Shown: positions 51,442-64,000 of the stretch, in pieces | Position numbering within the stretch: position 1 is the first letter of the stretch | Layout: every line of letters starts with the position of its first letter | Source: Psilocybe cubensis | Taxonomy: Eukaryota | Reading direction: 5' to 3' | Assembly: GCA_017499595.2 (NCBI GenBank) | Contig: CM039007.1 | Location: 682,001 to 746,000, forward strand | DNA: 64,000 bases | Translations under genes and position numbers: made by a program | Notes under the pieces: generated by a model | Told to the model about the DNA's origin: nothing | What the model saw: the letters and a program-made list of their open reading frames with translations, nothing else | The model's database searches: none

Positions 51442-52723
51442 ATGTTCCGATATGCTTCTCGACTGGTAAGACGCCATTCCTATTGATTGACAAAAGATAC
51501 AACACTGAATGTTGTCGCTGTATCTGTCTTTTCGAATCGAATAATTTGCATCTGCGCTGCACGACGACGACGATAATGATGATGTTGGTGCTGGTGTTGG
51601 TGATGAGTAGCCAAGAAGGGCCATTCTTTCTGCAACGGTCGCAGGAACGGCTGTCGGGATCCACGACCCTCAGAAGGTCAGTATCCTTCTCCCTAGATTT
51701 CTAACTGTCACTTTTCTACGAGCGTTCCGCTGAACCAACCCATCCTCATTCTCATTTTCATTTTCATTCTCATTCACATCGTCATCCCCATTGAACATAC
51801 CTCAACGAAAACGGAATCACATCATACGCATGCACTCACGCACCCGCGCACATACATACACACCCACCCACCCACCCTCACACACGCACGCACGCATACA
51901 CGCATAATGCACACAGCTATCGATATACCCCGCGCCCACACCCGACATCGTGCTAGTCGAATCGCCCTCCGCGCTCGAGCGCGAGATCGGCGTCGTCCGC
52001 CGGCACGCGATGCGCGCGTACGACGATGCGCACGCGCACGTCCAGGGATGGGTGTCTAAATGGATAGGCGTCGAGCACGCCGTCGAAAGTGCGTTTTTTC
52101 ACTTTCACACCCTCCCAATTGAAGGCGTATAACGACACGACTAACCATGCATTTCATCACTCTAATTACACATTACACATTACACGTTACACGACATACC
52201 CACAGACCGCGTCAAGTCCATCATCTCCCCTGAAGAATCTATGACCCCCAACCTGCTCTACGTCGGCGTCGCCACACTCACCGGGTCAATCCTAGGCCGC
52301 AACCGCCTCCTCCCTACACGCCTCCTGTTACCCCCCCTCTTCCTCATGGCATCCGCAGACTACCTCCTCCCCAAAACGACGTCGAACCTGCGCGCGTACC
52401 TCGGCGGGCTGGAGGACGCGTATTTCCCGGCTGTAGCGGAGAAGCACGAGATTGCGAAGGCGCATGCGGGGATGACGTGGGAGCGGGTGAAAGGGGCGAC
52501 GGAGGGTGCGAGGGAGGGGGTGAGGGAGGGTGCGAGGGGTGCGGTGGATTGGGTGCAGGAGGCTACGGGGCTTAAGTTGAGAGAGACGCTTGGATGGGGT
52601 GGGAGGGGTGTTGTTGAGCAGGTGAAGGAGGTTGGGGAGGGCAAGGTTGAGGAGGTTGTGAAGCCTGTTGAGAAGAAGGTTGATGAGGTTGAGAAGAAGG
52701 AGGATGTTAAGCGGTTGGTGTAA
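51442..52723 (+). CDS. MICOS subunit Mic26/Mic27 (apolipoprotein O family)
   Basis: Spliced MFRYASRL|PRRAILSATVAGTAVGIHDPQK|LSIYPAPTPDIVLVESPSALEREIG...WIGVEHAVE|..PNLLYVGVATLTGSILGRNR...LLPKT. Confidence 0.8.
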
Positions 52724-53148
52724 GGTTAAAACATGATTTTGTGAGGGATTAGGACAAATGATTATAGATTTCCGGTTGTTGAAGGATTCTCTTGCTTAAC
52801 ATAGAAAGTAGACCCAGTGACATTCAAAAGCGTCGATTAACTTCTACCCGCACGTCTATCGCAGATTAACAGTCCCGGCAGAGAAGTAAAAATACGTAAA
52901 CTACTTGGAAAAAAGGAAAGTACAATGTCAATGCAGCAGACAAGTGAGAAAAAGAACCTATGAAATCCAAGAAAATGACCTTCCGAGTTAAATAAATTCG
53001 TAAGACATGATGGTGTCGTGGAAGTAAAGTGCCAGTGGGATGGGGAAACCTGAGAAGTAAGTCAAACAGTGTCGGTCCGATGAAGAATGAAGAATGAAAA
53101 AATGAAAAATGAAATGAAAGATGAGTCTAACTACTGGTAAGTCGTAAG

Positions 53149-53192
53149 TCTACTACTACTACTAACTACTACTACTACTACTACTACTACTA
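53149..53192. repeat. (CTA)n microsatellite
   Basis: CTACTACTA... run with one interruption. Confidence 0.9.
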
Positions 53193-53652
53193 AAGTGTTT
53201 GAGTCTGGATCTAGCCTCTTGATGGTTATGTAAAACTAGAAAAAGAAAAAGTGTACGGATGCATGGAACGATGAAAACGATGAGCTATGAGCGATGCTGA
53301 GATGAATGATGATGGCGGAAAGAAAAGAAAAGAGAGGAAACGGAAATGAGGATGAAATGAGATGATCGATAACGATGGATATGCAGGTGTGTTGGGTGAG
53401 AGCGTGTCATTGAATGTATGATGTATGCTAAGAAAAGATGTGGTGGGTAGGAAAGAAAGAAAGAAAGAAGAGAAGAAAAAAAACGCTTCGCAGAGAAAGG
53501 GAAAACGATGTTAATGAGTGCTAATGTTGAGAGTAGGAAGGGAGGGAGGGAGGGAATAACGTGTCATTTCGAGATAGCAGAAGAAAGAAAGAGAAAAAGG
53601 TAGAAAAAAAAAATTTATAGAAGATGAGTGAAAAAAAAAGAAAACAAAAACA

Positions 53653-54952
53653 TCATCGTCTAGCTACGCGCTTCCGATCCCGACCGTCTTCCTCCACGTC
53701 CATCGCTTCAGGGTTCATCTGGATAACGCTGATATTCGGATTATGCGGCTGCAGCTGCGTCAAATTCCTCGAGCTCCGTGTCCGTCGTCTGCTCAGGCTC
53801 GACGCGGTCGAACCCGTGTACGCATTATTGTTTCCGCCCATCATCATCCCCCCAGGGGAGGACACAGTGGACGAGGGACCGCCGATGGATATGGTCGTCG
53901 TGGGTGGATTCGTGTTGGCATCGAGCATGCGCATGACGGCATGTCGCCGCTTTGCGCCTGCACCGATAACATTGACGATGGGTGTCTCGGGGTATTGTAT
54001 AGTGGACACGGACGATGGTGTTGTTGAAGGATCTGAGAGATGTGAGAGGTGAGAATGCGAGTGCGAGTGCGGGTGGGTGGAGGGGAAGTGGACGGGCAGC
54101 GTCGTTGATTGGCGGAATGATTCCTTTGTGGGTGTACCCCGTGATCGGGAAGAGCGCGTCGAGCTCCTCGGGAGCGTTGCTGATGGCGGTGGCGACGGCG
54201 ATGATGGCTCTGAAGGTGGTTGTGTGCTCGAGTGCGACGCGGGAGAGTTCGGAGTCGGTAGAGATGTCATCTAGAATAACGACGCACACACAATAAAAAA
54301 AAGTCAGCAATCAGGAGCAACAAAGAAACACAAAAAAAAATCCGAAAAAAATACACTCACGTTCTCTTTGACACGACTGGATGAGGCTGAGGCTGTGGAT
54401 GAGGAGGAGGGGTGGCCGGGTTTCTTGCCTTCTGATTTGGTAGGAACGGGTGGTGGCGCAGTGCGGGTGGCAGGCACCGCGGGCGCGGCCACGGCGACAC
54501 GTTCCCTGTCCTCGTCCTCGTCCTCTTCCTCCTCTCTCGCCTTGATCGCATCCACCCTCGCCTCTGTCCAGTCCATCACCCTCCCGATCGTCATGCCACC
54601 GCCCTCGACGACGGCATGCGAAGAGCTCGCGGGCGAATGCCCTACGTCCGCCGAGACACCCTGCTGGATAAAGGTGAGGAGATCCTGGCACGCAGCTGCG
54701 TATCCGGCGTTGTACGCCCGCTTCGAGTTCTTCCTCGATGACCGGTAGAGCGTGGTGATGCTCAGTGCGGCGGCTGTGATGAAGAGATGCATGGGAGAAA
54801 TTGAGAAATGGAGGTTATCATCCCCCCCGATGGTGTGGGCGCAACTAAGGGGACGGAGACGTACCTTTGAAATCGTTGAGGAGCTCCTTCTCTGCATTCT
54901 GCTGGGTGGTGGGAAGGGAATTGGCAAGGGTGTTGAGGTTGAGGGACTCCAT
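53653..54952 (-). CDS. HAPSTR1/TAPR1-like (DUF4588-like) protein, 3 exons
   Basis: MESLNLNTLANSLPTQQNAEKELLNDFK|AAALSITTLYRSS...AYNAGYAAACQDLLTFIQQG, followed by a Ser/Pro-rich tail ending RKRVARR*. Confidence 0.6.
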
Positions 54953-55713
54953 TGGAGAACAGGCAACGGCGCTCTTTGACAGAGCTGTTGGTAAATGTGC
55001 AAAACCCTAAACGACCCAAAACAGCTCTCCAAACAATCTGCCATCGCTTATGTAACCACACCTCATCACTCGGATTCCGGTCTCTGCACTCTGCCGCACA
55101 GCGGTTGTTGTGCTGGTTGTCATTTATTACAGCGAGTATTGTCTTTTGTGAATTATGCTCTCAGTATCCGGTGCCATGTTTTCATGCCAGAGAGCAATAA
55201 AAGTGTCAATCACTGACTTGTTGTGGTGTGTTATGGCTAGAAGGTCCCGGCGGTAAGTGTAATGCCACGCATGACTCAAACCCGGATCCGATTTTCAACT
55301 TTGTTCTCACTTCCATTCAATAACACCACCCATCAAGACAACGTCAAAGACATTCGATGCTCAGAGAATGTATGCAAACTTTGCTTGCCTAGAGACTTTG
55401 TGGATGTTCAAGGATGTTCTGGAAAATACTTCGGGGGCACTCGGAATTTCTAATCGCTTGCCATCACTGCTCAGTTTGCTGGGCGACTCACGACACGACC
55501 GCTGTGCGGTCCGCTGTTCGTCGTTCTGCTCCCCAGTGACATCAATAACCATCCTAAGAGATGTTCTGTTGTCGTTTCTTCTTGACCTTCTGAACTGTGA
55601 CCTATCTGCTGGCGTTCTGGTCTGATCATGGGACAGTCCACTCGGCCCGACATGCTATTCACTCTTGTATAAGTATGGCTCTCGAGGAGCCTCCTCTACG
55701 TGGACAAGTTGTG

Positions 55714-58664
55714 ATGAGACTAGGCTCTTTTCTTCTGTTTGTCTTGCTTAGGCTCGAGTTGTCGTGTGCCAGTGCACCAAGTGGACCCTGGGATGCCTTC
55801 AACCTCGCCCCAGAGTCCAAGACGGTGTATCCAGCTGCAATCCACTCCTCGCACGGCTCTGTCAAAAACTCAAATCTACTCGTCAAAAACAAAGGAAAAG
55901 CATCTCTATCAACCAACGGCTCGTGGATTGCTCTAGATTTCGGTATCGAAGTGCGTCAACAACCATTTTTGCCACTCATCACTCAGCCAATCTGGTTGGT
56001 TGGTTACGTAAGGTTGGGGGCCTGATTTCTCTCAACTTGAACTCCAACCCATCTCCATCCTCGTTCTCCCTCTCGTTCACCGAGTCACCCACATTCATCC
56101 GCTCCTCCGCATCGGACGACTCGTCCTTTCCCTCCGCGAATACCACGTACGACGGTGTGCTGCAGGTGTCTGTACCCGCGCACGCAGGGTATTGGGTGCA
56201 ACCTGCATCCTCTCTGCGTGGCGGGTTCAGGTACCTCACCGTCGTATCCAACTCGGAAAATGCTATTACACTGTCGAATGTATCCTGTGCTATCTCGTTC
56301 GTCCCGCACTTGGAGAATATGCGCGACTACGCGGGGTATTTCTACGCCAAGGATCCACAGTCAAAAGATGAAGATTTGTTAACGAAAAGTGCGCATATAT
56401 TCGTTGTATTCGTTATCATTGTCCGTGGAATTATGCTCATATCCATGGTGCCGATCCTTTTGGTGGGGTGTATATAAAAAAGTTTGGTATGCTGGTGCGT
56501 ACACGGTGCAGACTAACACCGTAGCTCTGAACAGCGGCCGGCACGTTCCCTTTTCCCCAGCAGGATGTAAGTCCCAACCATCTCTATCTCAATCTCCTAT
56601 CCATTTACCTACCTCCCGCTTCCCCGCTGACAAAAATAATGATCTGCACATGACACTGACACTGACATTCCGGCCATCTACTGCTATTTTCTGACACGCG
56701 TGATGTTGGTGTTGGTGTTGGTTTTGGCGTGGTTGGTATCGTTCACCCCACGCACAGCCTGGGCGAATGACGCGACATTAGGCGTTGCAGGGCCAATCAT
56801 CGTCGACGGAGCTAAACGCGACCGGTGAATATCTCAATTTTAACTTCTTTCCCTTTTTTCACGTAGATCGTTCGCTCGCTCATCTATTTCTATTCTGATC
56901 CATCGTTTACGCCCGATCCAAATCCGGTGTGTATGAAGTGCTGTGTGGCCTGGTGAGCATATTCTGTTGTTGCATTCATTGCACGGCGGACATCTCGTTT
57001 TTTTGGGCGATCAATCGGAATAGTGGTGTGATAGAACTTGGCGTGGGATGCGTCATGGTACTATTACACCACTATTTCCCTGATTTCCTTCAGATGTCCG
57101 CCGTGCATTATGGACTGATTCACAGGAGCTCAATAAGGGTCGTACGGCTTGCTTTTGCTTTTGCTTTGTGTTTGTGTTTTTGTAGGTGATATGGGTATCG
57201 CTGTGCCCACGCAGTTCGTCTCGACGAACGATCTGATTCCGACGCGCAATGCGCTGTCGACGATGTTTGCTGCTATCAACCCTAAAACGGGTGCGCTCCC
57301 TGAATCTGGTCCGCCGCTTAGCCAGCAGGGATCGGATACGTACCATGCATGGACGCTCATTGGGACGTGTGAGTGATGATTTTTTTTTGATTCATTGTCT
57401 CTGAGGTGGTGGTGGTGGTGGTATAGATAACTATGTTTTGTTTTCTGGGGATGTTGAGTGGTTGCAGGGTGTGTGGGCGAATTATACAAAGGCAGTAGCG
57501 TTTTTGGAGGGTAAAGTGGATGGGACGGGGTTGATGGATGTGACAGGTTTGAGAGATTGGGCGAGGCAGGGCGGGGGAGGGTATAACGCCGAAGGGAACG
57601 CAATTCTGTACAAGGTGCTCACCACCGCATCATCCCTCGCATCCACCATGTCCCTCCCCTCCCTCTCCTCCACCTACTTACAAAACGCAACCGCACTCAA
57701 ATCGGCATTCAACAACGCGTTCTGGCTTCCTAGTAAAGGGATGTATCGTGATAATCAGACGACGACGCTGTGTCCGCAGGACGCGAATTCGTTTGCGATC
57801 TTGTTTAATTTGACGGAGAGGGAGGAGCAGAAGAGGATGGTTAGTGATGGGTTGGTGGGGAATTGGAATGGGATTGGGCCTGTTGCGCCTGAGTTGCCGG
57901 ATACGATTAGTCCGTTTATAAGTGGTTTTGAGGTGCGTTTATTTTATTTTTTTGGTGTAAAGTTTGTGTCTGTTTTTGCGATTGAGGTGATATTGATGGT
58001 GGTTATCTTGATTTATTAGATACAAGCACATTTTGAGGCAGGGAACGACGCGCGGGCGATGGAGCTCATTCGCCGTACTTGGGGATACATGTTGACCACT
58101 GATCTGTCAGTGCAAAGCACATTGCTGGAGGGATTCACAGCGAATGGATCACTCGCGTATGTGTTTCTTTTACTTAAATATATAACTCGATCACTCATCG
58201 CCCGTAATCGTCGGTGCGAACACGATAGATATCGATACAACCACGGATACAACGATGATCCAGCATACACATCACACAGTCACGGATGGAGCTCGGGTCC
58301 CACTCCCGCGCTGACGTTCTATGTCCTGGGAATGACGCTCACGGAACTGCAAGGCAGGACTTGGGCGCTTGCACCCCATTTTGGAGGTGGGCTGTGCGCT
58401 GCGGAGGGTGGTTTCCAGACGGGACTAGGGTGGTTTGGTGTCAAGTGGTCGGCTGTGTTTGGGGAGCAAGGAGAGTTGGAAAGTTTGATGATGAGTATTG
58501 AGACACCGGAAGGGACGAATGGGGTGGTTATGCTTCCGAAAGGTATTAATGGAAGGATTGCGGTGGATGGGCCACGAGTAGAGAATCTGAATTTGCAGGA
58601 TAGTCGGGCGGTTACCTTGAGATTGATAGGAGGCAAGCACGAAATCCAAGTACATCCCGTCTAA
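55714..58664 (+). CDS. Secreted GH78 alpha-L-rhamnosidase
   Basis: Signal peptide; LDFGIE|VGG; LRGGFRYL; WYAGAYTVQ; DGAKRDRAVWPGD; GLRDWAR; PQDANS; STLLEG; SHSHGWSSGPT. Confidence 0.93.
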
Positions 58665-59952
58665 TAATGTCCAGCGAATCCCATTCCCAAGAACATCAGT
58701 GATATTTAATACGAGAAGGAACCAATGTTGTAGGCATACTGTAATGTGACGTATCATGAGAAAACATAAGATACTTGATGAATTAAAGCACTCTGCTTTA
58801 GAATCCTTTCTTTTCATTATTCAACGCATCGCCTTCCCAATATTCTTCATCAATTTCCGTAGTCATGTCCACCTCACATATAGTCGCTCACTTCATTCTT
58901 TGCACCTCAGCCTTTCTTTCCTTTTGGCTGAGGTGAATTCATTCTTTGTTGCTCATTAGAAAGTAGCTAACATAGTTTACAGATTTATCGTAAACTTAGG
59001 TTGATAATATAGCCTTTCTTTCCTTTCGGCGGAGACACATTGTAAACTTAGTTTTCATCAGCCATCACGTCGATTCACAAATTTCGTGGGTAAGATTCAC
59101 AATTTCAAACACTCGATTCAGATTTTGATTCACAAGATCGGTCAGTGGAATTTGGGATATGATAAAGTAGAAGCCAACTTCGCCAGGACCCGGGAAGCCC
59201 CCCTGTCCGCTTGTCACGGATTTTAGGGTGCTGCAGGCACACACCACATGCAGTGTTCAATAATTCATGGCAAAATATGGAAAACTTATTTACGTTTTGG
59301 CCAAATACATAAAGTAAATTGAAATAATGACTATATTTGGAGGGTACACGCAAATAAATTTCATATAAATCGCAACAAATTATTTGCGCATTTGAGGCCC
59401 AAAATTGGGGTTGACGCTGGACAACATCTTAGGGGAGCTCCTGGGTCCTACTTTGCCATTCCCCAAAATAGGGAGGGTTACCTGCGATACAGGATGTAAT
59501 TCCATCTACCGGTGGATGTAGTCCCATGGAAGCTCGACGACCCCCCCCCCCCCCCCCCATCATTGCCCGCCCGCATCATTGCTGTCCCCCCCTGTTTTGG
59601 ACACCTTTACAAGAACCTAATAGGAACGAACTCTGCTGACACTCTCAAATCTTACTCTCTACCTTCCCCTTGTTGCATCACTCTCAATACCAGATTTCAG
59701 ATCTATTCAACTTTCGTGCTGCCGCTAAAGCAAGTTTTCAGCAGAAACACTGTATTTCAACTTCCCTACAGGACGTGTGGATGCCTCGTCAACGAGGCGT
59801 CCAAACTGTAAATCAGCTCAAAGGAAAGCTTGGCAAAGTTAAAAGTTTTGTATCCTTGTTCTTCTGCCAAATGGGAGCCAAATTGAGCAGCATTGTATGC
59901 AAAGTACACTGCCTTGGGATGCTTCATATCGCATATGACTATTTCATTCAAA

Positions 59953-62900
59953 GATACGGAGGGCCACCATCGAGCTCTTCCAGATCACCTACTGATAGAG
60001 GTGTGAGTATCAAGTATTTCATATTTATTGATATTCTATTAATTGATATCTATCTAGAATGTTAGTGTCCGGAGCGGGACAGGCTTGGAGAATGGGATGG
60101 TTTTAATGTGGAAGAGAATGTGTCTTCCTGGGTGTGCTGGTGTCCTCACGTAAGTGCCAACTTTTACTTTGCTAAACAGTGTGCTTGATCGCCGTGTGTA
60201 TCCATTAGAACATCTTTTGGAATGTTTCAAATGTCTGGTGTCAGTACCAATATATACACGCGGACAGGGCATACAGAAATCAGCGTGGCTGCTCGAGTGC
60301 GTGCGTTTTTGCGTGTGCCTGCGTGACACGCATTTTTGCGCAACAACTGTGTTCTGCACGCATATTGATGTGTTGTGCACGCAATGTCACAGCTGTGTCA
60401 CCCATAGGATTGTAATGTACAGTGCTCGTTAGTGTTCATTTATAATTATTTGGTGCGTAATAATGTATTTTTAGTACATATGCCCTTGTACTACCAATTT
60501 CATGTGCGGCCACCACCACAGATATCAAGCAGTTAGGATATAAATTATTACATGGTCCGTGCTGTATTTGAATTCATTAATATATATGCCTTTAAAAGTC
60601 TATAATACATGGTCAGATTAGCTGTTTGAGGCTCGGAACCAGCAGAACTTCAATGAACCAATTTGTTGTTACAGGGGCCATACAGACAATGAACTCGAGG
60701 GATGGCTTGGTATGCCGTGTCGTCGGCGTGTGCCTCACAACAATCTCCGACTCCGCAACCAAGTCTCGGCAAAGAAATCGGCAACGGTTTATGATCGGTA
60801 ATATCCGATCAAACGGTGAACTTGGAGAAAAACGACAATTTTGTCTTTTCGACATGCAATTTATGGTTGTTGAACGGCCACCAGCGTGACACAACAGCAC
60901 GCTAGGTGCACTCAATCGCACGCATTTGCCACGCAAGCAGCACGCGACCCACTTTCCCACGTGAACGCGATGGCACGCGATGGCACGCAATAGCACGCGA
61001 CCCAATTAAGTGCGTGCAATTGACACGCAAACAGTTGTAATATGCACGCGATGAACCCGCAAGCAGTTTAATCTTGCACGCTAGTAGGAAATAATGTGTT
61101 TTAGAGTATTTTACTGCAAGAATATGTCTAATTTGTGTTGGCTTGACTCTTCCCTTGAAATACTGTTTATCTGCATGATGCACAATCCGGACGAGGTCTC
61201 CAGTGTATTCAATAATGTTCATCCATCCTCGTCACTCAACAAATTCTATATTATTATCAAGTCTAGACTTGAAATAGACGACAGTGTGGACGAAGCTTCA
61301 GTTACTGCAACTCTTGTCTTGCATCAAAATGTGTTTCATCAAACATTAAAGGACGCTGGAGCAATTACTGGACTCACATCACCGGAGTCTGTCATGATGA
61401 GTGCTTGTTTCACATTATACTGTTTTTTAAACACTCTGATGTATGAATGACTGTAGTGCTCGCTTTATCATATTGTTCAAAATGTGCGCAACCTTGAGGA
61501 CTTCCTTCCAGCAGTGCCATACTTCAGCACCTGGTATGTTAACTTACAATTCTGTACTGGTTGCAATCATACTGGAGGAAGAGCCCTGCAAATTATCCAA
61601 CCACGTCGCATTATACACTTGCAAGCCACTGGTCATCGTCACAGAGCTCCTCAGGGGAGCATTCACTTACTCTACCAGAATCATATTAGCATCAAGATGG
61701 CCTCTGTTGAGGCGTCAACTTGTTGGCGAGTCAAAGAAGGCAATCTTTTATGTACAGGTACACATGAATTGTAACAATCTGATTGGTTAAATTCCTTTGA
61801 TTCTTATAATCGAAGCTGGTGACAACTCCAACTCCCAAGGTTTGGAACTTCAATCTTAGAACTTTCCAGCTGCTTTATATCAGGATACGAAAGTCCTTGG
61901 AAAGAACAACGGAGTTGTTTATGGTTTAATTCGGGAAACCACCAAGATAACTGGAAACCTTATTTATGCAGGGATTGGTTCATTGGTGACCGAGAGGTCA
62001 ATGAATATGAGATGCTGGTATGTGTTCATTACAATCCCTTGATAGTATGCTCATAATTTGATATCTTTGTATGAATCCTGGTCCAAACTACATCGATCAA
62101 CCCAAAAAGAAGGGAGAAGCTCAACCCAAGAGACCTCGTCCTAAGTCTTGGCCTATTCCAAAGAGAAGGAAGTGGGATGACCATTAATTATTCAGTACAA
62201 CTGGATGCGTAGCATACTACATTCCTTGCAGAACATAGCTTAACATACGCTGCTCTTCATGTGAATCTCATACAGAATTTTGCACGCAAATCGCACGCTA
62301 CCTCAACAAAGCTGCACGCGTTTACATATCATGCACACGCAACATGTAGCATTTCGCACGCAAAGTCATGTGAAAGACACGCAAATTTACTGATTTGCAT
62401 TTATGCGTGGCACGCAAAAATAGGTCGCACGCGGGCTAACCACGCTGATTTCCTGGTGCCCACGCGGACAGTAGTGATTGCCGCCATTGTTTCTTCAACA
62501 ATTGGTGTAATCGTGTCTGCCGCCTACTTGTTACTAGAGACGCCTGTGGTCGATTTCAATTCAATCAAGGAATCACCCGAAGTATGTCCACCTAATTTCA
62601 ATATCGATGATTGTCTATTTACTATTGATTGGCGCTTTTCTTGTAGGCTTTCGAACCTCACAGTAGCGTGGAAGCCACCGATACCATGATGATACTGACA
62701 TTGCCACTGTGCATGTTCGCTTGGTACAGTCCATATTAATCTAAATCTCTTTGGAAGTATGTCTAATAACTCCAAAGGTCCTCAATTTTCTGGATTCTAG
62801 CATTTTTCATGATCTTCTTTACCGATCCGAATCAACTTTACAGTCCCAACCAGACAAAAATTAATGTCTGTGCTGTTCTTCTATGCATATTGGTCATTTT

Positions 62901-63003
62901 TTATGTTGTACCACTTGTATCTTCTACAATCAGAATCAGGCGCCAGCAAAATAGTCACAGAATGGTGGAAGGCTCTCCAAGGCACCCTAACTATATACCA
63001 TGA
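59953..63003 (+). pseudogene. Multi-pass membrane protein gene interrupted by a MULE-like insertion; start lies further upstream, uncertain
   Basis: Removing 60267-62470 and splicing gives ...LMWKRMCLPGCAGVLT|TSFGMFQMSGVSTNIYTR^TVVIAAIVSSTIGVIVSAAYLLL...|...LPLCMFAW|SSIFWILAFFMIFF...NYIP*. Confidence 0.7.
60267..62461. mobile_element. Non-autonomous Mutator-like (MULE) DNA transposon (2195 bp)
   Basis: 9-bp TSD ACGCGGACA (60258-60266 and 62462-62470); imperfect TIRs GGGCA...GAAATCAGCGTGG / CCACGCTGATTTC...TGCCC; subterminal GCACGC repeats; no recognisable transposase. Confidence 0.85.
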
Positions 63004-63099
63004 TAGATAGAATTCTCGGTAGCCGTATTGGCTTTGATACATATCTTCCAAGAATGAGGCAGAGAAAACATATTCTAGTCACAGGCCGTGTATACTAGC

Positions 63100-63755
63100 A
63101 CATTCCCACTTATTATCTATTGTCTTTCACCTTCATTAGCTCCTGGGTAATGTCAGTAATGTTGCCCCACACGAGGCAGACAAAGTGCATTTTCAATCAA
63201 TGTTTTAATCGACGGCAATCTTTCATTTGATCGTTCACACAGCATTCGGAGATGTCGCACTTAGTTTGGATTTATTTATACCTCTGAGCTACGAGGGTGC
63301 CAATTTTATCGATGTTGATGCTTTCGCTATCGCGTCGCGCCTCCAGACAAGCCACGTGATGGGACTGAAGAACGCCCAGAACAAGTTTCTGTAAGAGCAT
63401 GTGCACGTCTCCTCCGCGTAAATCAGAGTAGGAATCCTACGCAACATACGCCAGACTGCTCAGAAGGAAGAAAAAAAGCAGAGAAAAATCAATTCAGCAA
63501 AAACTCACAGAGCAGACACACAGAACCAGAACCAATATCAACCAGCCTCTCTGTGTACAAGAACTGGCGCACGTACCCATACAGCCGCCCATACTCAGAA
63601 TGCCCCCAGCGTCCATCTGCGTCCCGCTCATTCTCCGCAGCCGCTTCGAACATCTCAAACGTCTGCCCACACTCGTCGTGTACTTCCCGCAGCGGTAGCA
63701 GTAGTTCGGCGTAGACCACAGTGTGATATATTGTTCCAGAATTCCTAAAATCCAC
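63100..63755 (-). pseudogene. Degraded gene fragment, family unknown
   Basis: ORF 63755-63489 (...AENERDADGRWGHSEYGRLYGYVRQF) followed by exon-like segments with stops. Confidence 0.35.
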
Positions 63756-63810
63756 TATGAGCTATAAAAGGTTGCTGATACATATTGAAGCATCTGATCG
63801 GACTTCACAA

Positions 63811-64000
63811 CAGCATGGGAGGAGCTGGAAGGCGAGTACCCTACGTCCTCCGAGACACCCTATAGGATAAAGTTGAGGAGATCCTGGCATATAGCTGCAT
63901 ATCCGGCGCGGCGTTATACGCCCACTTCGAGGTCCTGCTAGATGAGCGGTAGAGCGTGGTGATGCTCAGAGCATCGGGTGTGAGGAGTTGCATGGGAGAA
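63811..64000 (-). pseudogene. Decayed duplicate of exon 2 and intron 1 of the HAPSTR1-like gene (54612-54799); continues beyond window
   Basis: Clear nucleotide similarity (e.g. GGTAGAGCGTGGTGATGCTCAG, GAGGAGATCCTGGCA), with a 5-nt insertion and a splice acceptor changed from CAG to CAC. Confidence 0.85.

Noticed and set aside
51740-51910. CA-rich and TCAT-rich repeats
   Set aside because: Low-complexity intron sequence of the Mic26/27 gene.
59250-59420. AT-rich segment with short inverted repeats starting CAGTGTT (possible MITE or hAT end)
   Set aside because: No matching opposite terminus or TSD could be found.
59541-59558. Poly-C tract (also poly-A at 15472-15490)
   Set aside because: Simple homopolymers of unreliable length; no TSD or retro-element context.
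60880-61085. CRISPR-like repeat array
   Set aside because: Repeats are 5-6 nt with irregular spacing in a eukaryotic transposon; no cas genes.

Overview
Intron-rich eukaryotic DNA from a basidiomycete (probably agaric) fungus, judged from short GT-AG introns and the gene families present. Positions 1 to about 22 kb look like one large Helitron-type rolling-circle element whose left end is not identifiable in the window. It holds an intronless Rep-PIF1 helicase with a C-terminal cysteine-protease-like domain, split by a 1-nt frameshift in Walker A. It also carries spliced accessory genes: a putative OB-fold protein, a divergent near-full-length Spt5 (NGN+KOW) homolog, a PTH11-like membrane receptor, a zinc-finger protein and several unknowns. 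The rest is host-like: CLA4/PAK kinase, a DUF5648-like protein, a FunK1 fungal kinase, a small secreted Cys-rich protein, NOT11, three tandem RBR/IBR E3 ligase paralogs, MICOS Mic26/27, a HAPSTR1/TAPR1-like gene with a decayed duplicate, and a GH78 rhamnosidase. Two non-autonomous DNA transposons have clean ends: an IS3EU-like element (388-bp TIRs, 6-bp TSD) and a MULE-like element (9-bp TSD) interrupting a membrane-protein gene. All family calls come from motif recognition by eye; no database searches were run.
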